Assembly: GCA_964606325.1 (NCBI GenBank)
Contig: CAZSGE010000010.1
Span: forward strand, 9,645 to 73,644
DNA: 64,000 nucleotides
From: Uncultured Candidatus Berkiella sp.
Lineage (GTDB): Bacteria > Pseudomonadota > Gammaproteobacteria > Berkiellales > Berkiellaceae
Direction of reading: 5' to 3'
The translations under genes were made by a program, and so were the position numbers. Each line of letters begins with the position of its first letter. The stretch's first letter is position 1. The notes under the pieces were generated by a model that was not told the origin of the DNA, did no database searches, and worked only from the letters and a program-made list of their open reading frames with translations. Positions 28,612-38,853 of this stretch are shown here, piece after piece.

Positions 28612-30042
28612 TTAACGCTTTGCAACACCTTGATAAATAAACAACAACTGATCAACAACTTGCTTAGCACTTTCTAAACCTGAAAGATAAGCTGCTTGTA
28701 AATTTGAAGGAGAACGATGCGTATGTTCGCCTGCAAAAATTAATCGACCTAATGGTGTTGCAATAACAGAATTATCCTCTAAAGAACTACCCGCTGGGTG
28801 ATAGCAATACGAACCTAATGAAAAGGGATCTTTATCCCAATGTGTTACCCATGATTTTTTAAGTGGTCTGAATGTATTGGTATAGATATCTTTAAATAAA
28901 TTGACGCAGTGATTTATCAGATACTTATCTTCTGGTAAATCTTTATTAGAATTCGCGTAAATTGATGCAACTAAAACTGGCTTTTTTTCAGTTGTGAAAT
29001 GCTGTAAATTAACAACATCAAGCCAGGCTTCAAGGGTAGGATCAAATAACACCACAAAATGAGAATAATCATCCCAAAATGTCTCTTCAAACTGTAGAAT
29101 CACCTTATTATGATTTGCACAGCTCAATGCGTTAATGGCTTTTGTTTTAGATAGAGGTAATGGCGGTTCAAAAATAACATTCCCTTTTTGTAAGACACCC
29201 AATGGTAGCGTACAGATAGCCGCATCAGCTCGATGAGCACTACCCGTGTGAGTGTGAACGATAATTTCCTCGCCAGTATGATCAATTTTGAGAACTTCAT
29301 TTGAAAGAAAGACTTGCAGCAAACCCGTTTTTTTAGCTTCTGAATACATACCCTCGGTTACTTTGTCATAACCATTCATGACTAAAAAATTACTTTCACT
29401 TTCCTTTTTATTTGTTCCCATTTTATACGAAAATAACTTTTCTTTTTTTAATTCTTTGATACTAATCATTTTTGCCAAAGATTCTAAATCGCCAGACTGA
29501 ATAGCTTTTTGTTTCAATAGTTGGGTATCAATATATTGGAGATCAGCAACGGTAAAACGATCTTTATCATCTGAAAGTCGCGTCAATGTTAACGCTTTTA
29601 TCTGCTCTTTGTATTCATCTACTAAATCCGTGAGCTGTGTTTTATCTATCTCATGCCCTTGCATGTCGAAAACAGCCCAATTACTTCTGACATAAGGCTT
29701 AACATCAAGATGATAGTGCTCTGATATATTAAAAAGCGGATTATTCTTAACGCCATGAACAAATTGCGCTCCTAATTCAATAAAGGAGCCATCTTCTATA
29801 TGCAAACTATGAATTCTGCCACCAACGCGATCTCTTGCTTCAACCAAAATAACATTAAGCCCATGGTGGGTTAATTCCTTTGCGGCAGTAATCCCTGATA
29901 AACCTGCGCCGATAATGAGTATAGTTGGCTTATCTTTACTAGGGTGTGCCTTGATAGCGGGATGCTGTTTACTTTTTAAATGTAAGTAAAAGTGACACAG
30001 ATCTTTTACCGTATTGTTAGATATCACTGGTATCTCTGTCAT
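28612..30042 (-). CDS. Flavin-dependent amine oxidase (polyamine oxidase/LSD1-like family)
   Basis: IIGAGLSG dinucleotide fold, EARDRVGGRI, ELGAQFVHG, TLPLGVL, HNKVILQFEETFWD, WDKDPFSLGSY, FAGEHT. Confidence 0.9.
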   Translation of the reverse strand: MTEIPVISNNTVKDLCHFYLHLKSKQHPAIKAHPSKDKPTILIIGAGLSGITAAKELTHHGLNVILVEARDRVGGRIHSLHIEDGSFIELGAQFVHGVKNNPLFNISEHYHLDVKPYVRSNWAVFDMQGHEIDKTQLTDLVDEYKEQIKALTLTRLSDDKDRFTVADLQYIDTQLLKQKAIQSGDLESLAKMISIKELKKEKLFSYKMGTNKKESESNFLVMNGYDKVTEGMYSEAKKTGLLQVFLSNEVLKIDHTGEEIIVHTHTGSAHRADAAICTLPLGVLQKGNVIFEPPLPLSKTKAINALSCANHNKVILQFEETFWDDYSHFVVLFDPTLEAWLDVVNLQHFTTEKKPVLVASIYANSNKDLPEDKYLINHCVNLFKDIYTNTFRPLKKSWVTHWDKDPFSLGSYCYHPAGSSLEDNSVIATPLGRLIFAGEHTHRSPSNLQAAYLSGLESAKQVVDQLLFIYQGVAKR

Positions 30043-30271
30043 GATTCACCACCACTCTTGGCTGTTCAACGCTTTCTTTATATACATGTGTGACTCTGTG
30101 TATTTGCAAATAGTTCCCTAGGTGATAGATTCGAGTTTAAAATTTGACCTACCACCAATTTAGTCTGCTGCATTATTATGTAGCAACAACGTTTTATAGC
30201 GTCATCTAAAGAATAATATTTTTGGTTAAGCTAAATTGAGATAAAGTAAAATCAGCGGAGAATAAGATTTC

Positions 30272-30838
30272 ATGACTACCATCAATGTAACCCAGCAATC
30301 TGTTTCTGTTGTTGTGGACAGAGAGGTGTTGCCTGGAAAGAAGGAAGAGTTTGAAAATGTTTTAAGAGGCATCATTGATGCTTGCAAAACATTTCCGGGT
30401 TACCTAGGCACAGATGTTCACCTACCACAAATAAAAGGTGGTATGCACTATCGCATTGTTTTTCGCTTTGCCACATTAGATGAGCTTAAAAATTGGGAAC
30501 ATTCACCAGTACGACAGGAATGGGTTCAAAAAATTGATAAGCTCATTAAAGAGCCGACTAAACTACAGATCATCAGTGGATTAGAAACCTGGTTTGCGCT
30601 GCCTCGCTGTAATGCGATAATTCCGCCTAAACGTTATAAAATGGCGATTGTTACCTGGTTAGCCATCACTCCCTTATTGATAGCTTTTAATCTTGCAACC
30701 CAACCACTTCTTGGAAATTTACCCTTGGTACTGCGAATTTTAGTCACTACACCAATTATAGTAATTTTAATGACCTATGTCGTGATGCCTTACATGGCAA
30801 AACTATTTGCCAAATGGATGTATCCTCCTTCCACATGA
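30272..30838 (+). CDS. ABM (antibiotic biosynthesis monooxygenase)-like domain protein with C-terminal TM helices
   Basis: FPGYLG, YRIVFRF, WEHSPVRQEW, SGLETWF, PKRYKMAIVTWLAI pattern. Confidence 0.8.
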   Translation: MTTINVTQQSVSVVVDREVLPGKKEEFENVLRGIIDACKTFPGYLGTDVHLPQIKGGMHYRIVFRFATLDELKNWEHSPVRQEWVQKIDKLIKEPTKLQIISGLETWFALPRCNAIIPPKRYKMAIVTWLAITPLLIAFNLATQPLLGNLPLVLRILVTTPIIVILMTYVVMPYMAKLFAKWMYPPST

Positions 30839-30900
30839 TTTTAAATTAGCAAACTCAAAAGTAAATGAGGGCTCAAAAGAACCCTCAAATTCCATACAAG

Positions 30901-32307
30901 TTATTTGATAGCCAATCTAGAAAATACCTCTGTCAGCTCACGCCCCTCTTGTTCAGCATGAGCTTTTTCACGATCTTCTATTGTTTGTAGACATTTCACG
31001 CGCTCTTCTACTGATTTGTCCTTATCTAATTCCATTAGCTGTTTATAGCGTGCCGTTGTGAAGTTGCTATCTTTACTTTTATCAGAATATTCAGCTTTAT
31101 CTTTCTCAAGACGACTTTTAAATATATCAACAAGTTCTGGATCTTTAGTAAATACTGAATGCGCAAAGAATCGCTTAGGCACAGCATCTTCTAATACCGC
31201 TACCGCTTTAGTACGCCTTTCAGGATAGGTAACTGCTTGATAATCTGGATAGTCCGTTCTTTTTAGATCAGGATCTAGTCGAGCACGACTTGGCTTAGGT
31301 TTAAACTTTTTGACTGGATAATCGGCATAAATTGATTCTTTATCCACTTCAAGTATTTCGGTTTCAAAATCATTTTGCCATTTACCAATTCCCACTAATC
31401 CGCCTGCTTTTGCCAATAACCCTTCTTGGCGAGTAGCAGAAATAGGAAGGATCCCTAACCTTTTTTGCATCAATATACGTTCTCTCTCAGTATGTTCACT
31501 CATTTGTCTATGGGCGGTTTGCTTTGCAGCACTAAAGCGCTTTTCCGTTGCCCATGCAACAGCGGCATCTTCTCTGTAATCACTAACAGGCTGAAAACCA
31601 CGCACTTTACTGCGAGCTTCATCTCGTGTTTCTTTGTCTTCTTTGCTTAGCGGTTCAAAGCTTCTCAATTGATCTCTGTGATTCATTTGCTGATAGGTTA
31701 AAGGCTCTGGTGATATAGAAAACCATTCTTCTACTTTAGCTACCATATCGCCTAAAGCTTTCTTTTTAGCTACGATTTGTGCATTCCACACATCATTTGC
31801 CATAACGCCGGCAGTTTCTGCTTCTTTTGATGAACTGCTATCAGATATCTCAAAATAACGGACTTCATCGGCAATAATGCTAGGAATGGTTAACGCATGT
31901 GTTAAATAGGCCAGCAACAATGGAGAATCAATGGTTGTGGCTACCTTAGATCCGCTTTCTGGAGCCGGTGCAGCATCCTTCACAGCGGGTTGTACAAGAA
32001 TGCCTGCCTGAACTGCCATTCTCATTTCTTGTTCTTCAATCCAGTTTCTAATCACCTCAAACACATTTTTAGGATTAGGTTCTTTGCCTGCTAATCTCAT
32101 TTTGATAATAGGGATAACCTGCAACGAAAGTTCTACACGATCGTTAAAATCAGGCACAAGAATGTCATTGTATTTTGTACGGTTTCTTACTTTTTTAGGT
32201 GTGTCAATCGAAATTTCTTGTGAATGGCCAGAACTAGAGGGTATATTTTCCGTAAGGGAGGAATCTGTTGATGATGAGCTTCCAGAACGAACGCCGGGTT
32301 TAGACAT
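30901..32307 (-). CDS. Hypothetical charged protein (effector-like)
   Basis: AAGGAG RBS before ATG 32307, Ser-rich N-terminus; the track ORF starts at 32334. No family recognised. Confidence 0.72.
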   Translation of the reverse strand: MSKPGVRSGSSSSTDSSLTENIPSSSGHSQEISIDTPKKVRNRTKYNDILVPDFNDRVELSLQVIPIIKMRLAGKEPNPKNVFEVIRNWIEEQEMRMAVQAGILVQPAVKDAAPAPESGSKVATTIDSPLLLAYLTHALTIPSIIADEVRYFEISDSSSSKEAETAGVMANDVWNAQIVAKKKALGDMVAKVEEWFSISPEPLTYQQMNHRDQLRSFEPLSKEDKETRDEARSKVRGFQPVSDYREDAAVAWATEKRFSAAKQTAHRQMSEHTERERILMQKRLGILPISATRQEGLLAKAGGLVGIGKWQNDFETEILEVDKESIYADYPVKKFKPKPSRARLDPDLKRTDYPDYQAVTYPERRTKAVAVLEDAVPKRFFAHSVFTKDPELVDIFKSRLEKDKAEYSDKSKDSNFTTARYKQLMELDKDKSVEERVKCLQTIEDREKAHAEQEGRELTEVFSRLAIK

Positions 32308-32583
32308 AACAATCTCCTTTGCATGAATTGACACATTGAACTGTGTTAAATATCACATTGTATTTTTATGATGTAGTCTTGATGTCATATTTCATGAAAC
32401 AATCGCACATTGATTTGATAAGTGCAACTTGGATTGAAATGAGTGAGATGAAATTGATTTGGATTGCTTATTAATCCCGTAACAAGCAAAACCCAGTTAA
32501 ACTCATATCTAATATTACGAGCGACTTGAAACTACTTACATGAATCTCAACATTGCGCAAATGAAAATAGCATCAGAAATGCA

Positions 32584-32624
32584 TTACCTTAAGTGAACAA
32601 TTTCACAATGTTCACTTAAGGTAA
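32584..32624. terminator. Perfect 16-bp inverted repeat 3' of the pilin-like gene
   Basis: TTACCTTAAGTGAACA-9nt-TGTTCACTTAAGGTAA, 3 nt past the stop of 32628..33209. Confidence 0.55.
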
Positions 32625-32627
32625 GAT

Positions 32628-33209
32628 TTAATTACATTTGTAAATATTAGAGTTACATGCAACTAATCCAGAGCTAACATAAGTTGGCGTTTGATTAAGA
32701 AGCTTATAGGTCACATTAATGACCGAGCGCCCATCTTGTCTTGCCTTAGCTCTACATGCATCAAATCCAGCTGCAGAAAGCACACTTGAATCACATGCTT
32801 GTAATTTATCTTGAAGATAGTAGTGAACATTTGTCACACCTGCCGTGGTTTGAGCGAATATGCTTTTGGAGCAACTAGTTTGTATGATCTGGGCTTGCAG
32901 GGCTGGATTTGAATTATATGTTTGTAATAATTCTATTTGAGGAAGTATCTGGTCGTAAACGTAAACCTCACTTTGAACAATAGATTTTAAATTTGAATCC
33001 ACTAAGCATTTACTGTTTAGCGCATTCTCTATTTTTAAAACTTCAGCATCTTTGATTGCTGTTGCATTGGGGCCTACAAAGGTCAAAGGTTCAACAACAT
33101 AGTGACTCATCAAAGGTAACATCACAGGAGCAGCACTGATACCACCGAGCAACGCCACGACTACAGATAGCTCAATCAACGAGAAACCTTTTTGATTAAA
33201 TCTACGCAT
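32628..33209 (-). CDS. Prepilin-type N-terminal cleavage/methylation domain protein
   Basis: MRRFNQKG/FSLIEL class III signal peptide plus hydrophobic helix; Cys-containing C-terminus. ATG 33209 follows a G-rich RBS. Confidence 0.8.
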   Translation of the reverse strand: MRRFNQKGFSLIELSVVVALLGGISAAPVMLPLMSHYVVEPLTFVGPNATAIKDAEVLKIENALNSKCLVDSNLKSIVQSEVYVYDQILPQIELLQTYNSNPALQAQIIQTSCSKSIFAQTTAGVTNVHYYLQDKLQACDSSVLSAAGFDACRAKARQDGRSVINVTYKLLNQTPTYVSSGLVACNSNIYKCN

Positions 33210-33428
33210 TTTTCCCCCTAACCGCCAAAAAGCTGTGTAAATCTTTATTAGATTACCATGCATTTATGCCAGTCGACAAACATATTTTACGGGTTAATTA
33301 AACAAGCGACATACCACTAAACAATAATTTGGTATGTAGTAAATATTTTTGTCAAACAGTGATTAATCTAGAGGCTAGCGGTTCAATTTTAACTGTAGTG
33401 CTTGAGAAATTGATGTTGGACGGCGCTG

Positions 33429-34052
33429 TTAATTTGTTGGAAAGTTCAAAATAGCACGCTTAAAACCTCTTGTAGGCGGATATGGCCCAATCCAAGTTCT
33501 AAGTAGCATATTAAAAAATGATTTCCCGTGGGACCAATGGCGATGAACATCACCATTCACTATCATCAGGACGCCATTTTGAGGAGAATAATAAAAACCG
33601 AGTGTATCTCCAGCATTAAAGGTTCTATCAATGGCCTGCTTTAATTCCATCACTTTGGCTTTATCTAATTTTTTATCATGCCATCCGCCATTGTTCACCA
33701 AAATCGATTCCGTTAAGTATTTACTCAACATTTGTGGGGTTATATCATCGCGCACAAAATAAAACATCATGGCAAGTGGCTCATCATTCACCAGTAGCAT
33801 TTCCGCTTTTTTTTCATTTTGCGAGGTATAAAGCGCGGCAACAAAGGCTTTAGAGCCCCATATATTCACTGCCGAATGTCCATTCAAATTAACCATTTCA
33901 TTTGTTTGCTCAAGCTTTAATTGATAAGGCAGAGCAACACCTAAAACTTCTGTATAGCTCTGTGATGAAAAAACAGGTTTGACCAAACCTAACAACAAAA
34001 AAATTAGGTAAATACTTTGTTTAATCACGGCGTAACTTATCTGAAGCTGCAA
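33429..34052 (-). CDS. Chalcone-isomerase-like (Chalcone_3) exported protein
   Basis: Signal peptide, VNLNG, FVAALY, GDTLGFYYSP, FFNMLLRTWIGPYPPTRGFKRAIL. Overlaps the end of the upstream gene, so the start may be later. Confidence 0.75.
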   Translation of the reverse strand: MQLQISYAVIKQSIYLIFLLLGLVKPVFSSQSYTEVLGVALPYQLKLEQTNEMVNLNGHSAVNIWGSKAFVAALYTSQNEKKAEMLLVNDEPLAMMFYFVRDDITPQMLSKYLTESILVNNGGWHDKKLDKAKVMELKQAIDRTFNAGDTLGFYYSPQNGVLMIVNGDVHRHWSHGKSFFNMLLRTWIGPYPPTRGFKRAILNFPTN

Positions 34053-35187
34053 TCGGGGTAGGATAGCGGTTCACAATCCAATAGGATGAAACAATAAATG
34101 TTATAATGGTTGACACTTGAATTAAAGAATAGGCTGCATCTGTGATTAAATTATTTTTTTCTGCGGTATAACCCACCAGCAATGAAAATTCACTGATTTG
34201 CCCAATTCGAACCCCAACTTCCCAGGCCGCAGGTTTATTGGGGGCTATTTTGCCAAGTAATTGTCTAAATACAATGGGTTTGGCGACCAGCATCAATGCG
34301 CCTAAGAATAATGCCCATTGCCATATTTCTGAAAGCTTGTCTAAATTCAGTTTGGCTCCCACAGAAAAGAAAAATAAAATTAAGAAAAAATCTCGAATGG
34401 GACGTAAACTTTCTGCAATAAAACGCGAGACTGGGCTTTGGGCAATGGAGATCCCAGCAATAAAGGCCCCAACCTCGAATGACAATTTTAAAGATTCTGC
34501 TAATTGACCAAGCCCCAAGCACCAGGCGATAGCGACTAAAAACATAAACTCATGAATGCGACTAAATCGTTGAATCAGCTTGATAAGTACAAAACGTTCA
34601 ACCAAGAAAGCAAAGACAACTAAACAAGGCAATGCTATAGCGACCTTCGCGAGCTCTGCTAAATGTAAGCCACCTTCGTTGGCAGCATGCAGCAATAATA
34701 AGGTAAAAATAGCAATCATATCTTGCAACAATAAAATACTGATCACGATTTCACCAGTACGTTGATGATGCAGTACCGTGGTTGGCAATAATTTCAAACC
34801 AATAATGGTACTTGAAAACATCATTGCTGCCCCAATCACCAAAGCATCGACAGTCGAAAAATTGGCAGCTAAGGCAACCCCATATCCCATCGCGCCAAAT
34901 AGGCAGGAACTGACCACCGTAATAATGGTTGCTTGGCGTAGTAGTTTGAGTAAATTCTGCGGTTGAAGATTAAGACCGAGCAAAAATAAAAGAAAGATGA
35001 TCCCAATATCACCTACATCTTTTAAAATAACCGGATCTGAGACTAAACTCATACCGCTTGGTCCAATCAAGACACCTAAAATTATATAGGCAACCAACAA
35101 CGATTGACGAGTGTAAAGTGCCAGTGTTGCTAATATTGCGGCACCACAGAAGATCAAAAATATAGAAAAGATGATATGGTTATGCAT
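34021..35187 (-). CDS. CPA2 cation:proton antiporter
   Basis: AYIILGVLIGP, GIIFLLFLLGL, FSSTIIGLKLL, ILLLQD, VGAFIAG, RDFFLILFF, GQISEFSL. Confidence 0.9.
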   Translation of the reverse strand: MHNHIIFSIFLIFCGAAILATLALYTRQSLLVAYIILGVLIGPSGMSLVSDPVILKDVGDIGIIFLLFLLGLNLQPQNLLKLLRQATIITVVSSCLFGAMGYGVALAANFSTVDALVIGAAMMFSSTIIGLKLLPTTVLHHQRTGEIVISILLLQDMIAIFTLLLLHAANEGGLHLAELAKVAIALPCLVVFAFLVERFVLIKLIQRFSRIHEFMFLVAIAWCLGLGQLAESLKLSFEVGAFIAGISIAQSPVSRFIAESLRPIRDFFLILFFFSVGAKLNLDKLSEIWQWALFLGALMLVAKPIVFRQLLGKIAPNKPAAWEVGVRIGQISEFSLLVGYTAEKNNLITDAAYSLIQVSTIITFIVSSYWIVNRYPTPIAASDKLRRD

Positions 35188-35242
35188 TGTTGCTTATACT
35201 GGCTAAAGCAAGGTACGTATATATTAGAGTATTCCAAAGCGT

Positions 35243-36778
35243 ATGACAAAAAATCAACAAACTGATATCAACCAGAAGCTGGAGCAAGCATTTGCTTTAC
35301 AGCAACTTAATCATTTAGATGAAGCAGCTGATCTGTTTGAAACTGTTTTAAAGGATAACCCAGATCAACCCGATGCCTTACATGGCCTAGGCATGGTGTA
35401 TGCTCAACGTAAACGCTTTCCCGAAGCCGTGGAATACTTACTCAAGGCCGTCAAACAAGCTCCTACCATCGCCGAATTTCATAACAATTTAGGGAATGCC
35501 TTTCAAGCAACCGGAAATACTGAAAGCGCCATGCGCCATTACTTCGAAGCATTGCGGCTCAAAAATGCTTATCCTCAAGCATTAAATAATTTGGGAACAT
35601 TACTCTATCGTCTAGGGAAATATAGTGAGGCTGCAACTTACTTTCAAAAATCACTGCGTATTGATCCGCAAGCAGTGGACACTCATTACAATCTGGCCAA
35701 TTGCTATATTCAATTAGATAAATTGCAAGAAGCGGTGCCCCATTACCAAGAAGTACTCAAGCTGCGATCTGATCATCTAGGTGCAACACATAATCTAGGC
35801 ATTACGTTGTGTGGCTTAAAACGCTTTAATGAAGCTGAGCCTTTGCTAGCCACCATGACTATCAAAGAGCCCAACAATATAGATGCGTGGTTTCACTTAG
35901 GGGTCATTTATAGTGGATTAGCACAAGCTAATGAGGCCATTGAATGCTACCAAAAAGTATTAAGCCTGAATCCTAACCATGCCCATAGCCACCATAATTT
36001 AGCCACGGTATTTCTGCATCAAGGTGATAAATCCAAAGCCTTAGAACACTACCGACGCGCGTATACCCTCGAACCTGGCAATAAAACCGCTGAGCATATG
36101 ATTGCAGCATTAAGTAATCAAACATTAGAGAAAGGCGCACCCGCAGAATATACCCGCGCACTTTTTGATCAATATGCTTATAGCTATGACAAACAAGTCA
36201 AAGAAAAACTCAAATATCGCGTTCCCCAACTACTCAGGGAAGCTATCACCCCGTTTCTACCAAATCACCCGATGGATATCTTAGATTTAGGCTGTGGCAC
36301 TGGACTATGCGCACCGCTGTTTGCAGATGTTACAAGCAAAATAGTAGGTGTAGATCTTTCGCCGAACATGATAGAGGTTGCCCGCTCATTAGGTGGATAC
36401 AACAAATTAATTGTCTCAGATATTTTGAGCTATTTAAGCAATCGAGCAAATGAATGTGATTTAGTGATAGCAGCAGATGTTTTTGTTTATTTTGGTGGCT
36501 TAAATGAGGTCTTGCAAGCATGTTTGCGTGTTCTTAAAGAAGATGGCTTATGTTGCTTCTCCATCGAAACATTAACAAGTGATGAGCTTATTGCAAACCC
36601 TACTTATCAAAATTTTCAATTACGGACAACAGGCCGCTATGCTCACAACCCTGTTTATATTCAAACACTGTGTAAACAAATCGGATTTGATGTCTTGATC
36701 GAAAAATCGGAGACGCTTAGATATCAGGAAGAATCTCCAATGGCTGGGAATATTTACGTTATTCGTAAAGTCGATTAA
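35243..36778 (+). CDS. TPR-repeat class I SAM-dependent methyltransferase
   Basis: About 8 TPRs (HNNLGNA, LNNLGTL, HYNLANC), then LFDQYA, DILDLGCGTG, GVDLSPNM, AADVFVYFG. Confidence 0.9.
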   Translation: MTKNQQTDINQKLEQAFALQQLNHLDEAADLFETVLKDNPDQPDALHGLGMVYAQRKRFPEAVEYLLKAVKQAPTIAEFHNNLGNAFQATGNTESAMRHYFEALRLKNAYPQALNNLGTLLYRLGKYSEAATYFQKSLRIDPQAVDTHYNLANCYIQLDKLQEAVPHYQEVLKLRSDHLGATHNLGITLCGLKRFNEAEPLLATMTIKEPNNIDAWFHLGVIYSGLAQANEAIECYQKVLSLNPNHAHSHHNLATVFLHQGDKSKALEHYRRAYTLEPGNKTAEHMIAALSNQTLEKGAPAEYTRALFDQYAYSYDKQVKEKLKYRVPQLLREAITPFLPNHPMDILDLGCGTGLCAPLFADVTSKIVGVDLSPNMIEVARSLGGYNKLIVSDILSYLSNRANECDLVIAADVFVYFGGLNEVLQACLRVLKEDGLCCFSIETLTSDELIANPTYQNFQLRTTGRYAHNPVYIQTLCKQIGFDVLIEKSETLRYQEESPMAGNIYVIRKVD

Positions 36779-36808
36779 GCGTAAGCGTACCAACCGGTAT
36801 TAGTTGAT

Positions 36809-36839
36809 GGTGGACTCAGCAATGCTTTGTCCAGCCTAC
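36809..36839 (-). repeat. GTAG-type REP-like palindrome, copy 2
   Basis: Minus strand GTAG-GCTGGAC-aaagcattgctga-GTCCACC; shares GATGGTGGAC and GCTTTGTCCA-CCTACA with the 11772 copy. Confidence 0.68.
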
Positions 36840-36915
36840 AATGTAAATACACGATTACACTCTCAAAATAAATATATACTAAATAAATATATCTCTTAAT
36901 GCGTGGGGCTTTCAT

Positions 36916-37503
36916 ATGGAGATGTCATCTGTCACAAGCTATGTATCAATAGGCATAGGTACCTTCTTATTGATATATTTCGTTGTCATTTTCAACAATC
37001 TGGTTGCGCTCAAAAACAACGCTAAAAAAGCTTGGGCCAACATCGATGTCTTGTTGAAGCAACGTCACGATGAGTTACCCAAACTCATTGAAACCTGTAA
37101 ACAATATATGCAATATGAAAGTCAAACCCTTGAGAAAATCACCCTAGCCAGGCAAAAAGCTGTGCAGGCTCGTCAATCGGGTGATATCCAGGCGATGGGA
37201 CAAGCAGAATCCTATTTAAAAGGCATGTTGGGTAATTTGTTTGCCCTGGCAGAAAATTATCCCGATCTTAAAACCAATGAAACTTTTACTCATTTACAAA
37301 AACGCATTTCAGGCTTGGAAAACAGTATCGCCGATAGGCGCGAACTTTATAATGAAAGTGTGACTTTAAACAATATCAGAATTGAACAGATCCCTGACAT
37401 TATCATCGCCAAACTATTTGGCTTCAAACACCTGGAAACATTAGAATTTGCAAGTGATGAGCTGCGCGACATTGATGTGGGCGCTCAGTTCAAGCAAACT
37501 TAA
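36916..37503 (+). CDS. lemA: LemA family protein
   Basis: N-terminal TM, FNNLVALKN, WANIDVLLKQRHD, AENYPDLK, ENSIADRRELYNESV. Confidence 0.93.
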   Translation: MEMSSVTSYVSIGIGTFLLIYFVVIFNNLVALKNNAKKAWANIDVLLKQRHDELPKLIETCKQYMQYESQTLEKITLARQKAVQARQSGDIQAMGQAESYLKGMLGNLFALAENYPDLKTNETFTHLQKRISGLENSIADRRELYNESVTLNNIRIEQIPDIIIAKLFGFKHLETLEFASDELRDIDVGAQFKQT

Positions 37504-38288
37504 TGGCACTATCTATGGTACAGTTACAAGCGTATTTACAACAATACGGTTTAAATTCTCATTCAATTAAACAAATCCCAGAACTAGCTTTTTTCATCAT
37601 TCTTAGCTTTTTCAGTTTATTTGCGTTGTATTTCTTTTTCCAATGGTACAAAAACTTCAAAAAAGCCAGGAATATAGAAGATACCCCAACGGCAAAAATC
37701 CGCTCTGCCGCTCAAGGATATGTTGAAATCGAAGGCAAGCAAAAATACCTCAATAAGCTGCCAACGACAGCTCCACTTTCTCAATTACCATGTACTTGGT
37801 ATCGATATACGATTGACCATGGCGTGAAAAATAAATGGTACCGTGTTGAACAGGGGGAATCTACTCAGTCCTTTATGCTAGTAGATGACACAGGCGAAAG
37901 CATTGTCGATCCTGTTGGCGCTCAAGTAACCTGTGCATTAAAAGATAGTTGGTATGGCTTTAAAAAATACCCCAAAGGTAAACCCACTAATATAATTTGG
38001 CGAATTATAGGCACTTTTGGAAATTATCGATATATTGAGTGGCGAATGCATGAAGACCACTACCTTTATGTAGCAGGGAATTTTTCAACACAAAATGATC
38101 CCACTACTCACGAGAGTTATCATTTTATTAGCAAAAAAGGGCTCAATAAAAGTTCACCTTTTCTTATTTCTTCGGTTGATCAAAAGAAACTCATTTTCCA
38201 ATATAAGCTAGCTGCTTTTGCTTTCTTAATTGGTTATAGCATTCTTTTGTTTATTATTGGCTGGATGCTGGTTGGTAGATTTTTTTAA
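37503..38288 (+). CDS. GIDE-domain-like membrane protein, translationally coupled to lemA
   Basis: TAATG overlap; IEDTPTAKIRSAAQGYVEIEG, CTWYRY, FMLVDDTG; TM helices at both ends. Confidence 0.7.
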   Translation: MALSMVQLQAYLQQYGLNSHSIKQIPELAFFIILSFFSLFALYFFFQWYKNFKKARNIEDTPTAKIRSAAQGYVEIEGKQKYLNKLPTTAPLSQLPCTWYRYTIDHGVKNKWYRVEQGESTQSFMLVDDTGESIVDPVGAQVTCALKDSWYGFKKYPKGKPTNIIWRIIGTFGNYRYIEWRMHEDHYLYVAGNFSTQNDPTTHESYHFISKKGLNKSSPFLISSVDQKKLIFQYKLAAFAFLIGYSILLFIIGWMLVGRFF

Positions 38289-38689
38289 TGGGCAGATGTT
38301 ATGGAAAAATTGGGTCCCATAGAAACGAGCTGTTCTAACTCTTTTAATCTTTTAGCATAATATGAGCTTTGCTGAAATTTATGCTTTTCGTGTTCAATCA
38401 CAACCATTAATAATGAATAATTGCTTCGCGGATCTCTTAAAAATTTATCCAAATGGGTGTAAACCCTTACCCAACTACGACAACATTTTTGATAATGAGC
38501 GCGGCCAAGGGATAAAAAGAACCAATTACGGCCAAAGTTATATAGATAATGATTTATTTCATCAATAATGTCGTGTAACTGTTTGTCACACACATGAACA
38601 TCAAGAATATCGGCTGTGAAACCGATTGTCGTGCTACTCACTGCCATAACATAACCACTTCGGGGTTTATGGTTATATAAAAAAGGCAT
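38285..38689 (-). CDS. Hypothetical protein
   Basis: 134-aa ORF; stop overlaps the stop of the convergent gene (TTAA). Confidence 0.55.
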   Translation of the reverse strand: MPFLYNHKPRSGYVMAVSSTTIGFTADILDVHVCDKQLHDIIDEINHYLYNFGRNWFFLSLGRAHYQKCCRSWVRVYTHLDKFLRDPRSNYSLLMVVIEHEKHKFQQSSYYAKRLKELEQLVSMGPNFSITSAH

Positions 38690-38853
38690 AACACTCTTAC
38701 TTCCATGTAACTACATTCAAATGAATGTTTGCCTACTCCTATTTAGCTTATCACCCTTTGGGTAGTATGTTAACTATCTTTATATTGTATTTTGCCCCAC
38801 TTAAATATTGTGGGTACTATAGAAGCAACTACACGAATAAAGGGAGACCCAGC

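Noticed and set aside
37503-38288. GIDE-like protein as an E3 ubiquitin ligase effector
   Set aside because: No RING or other Cys/His ligase motif; it is coupled to lemA like a routine bacterial membrane module.
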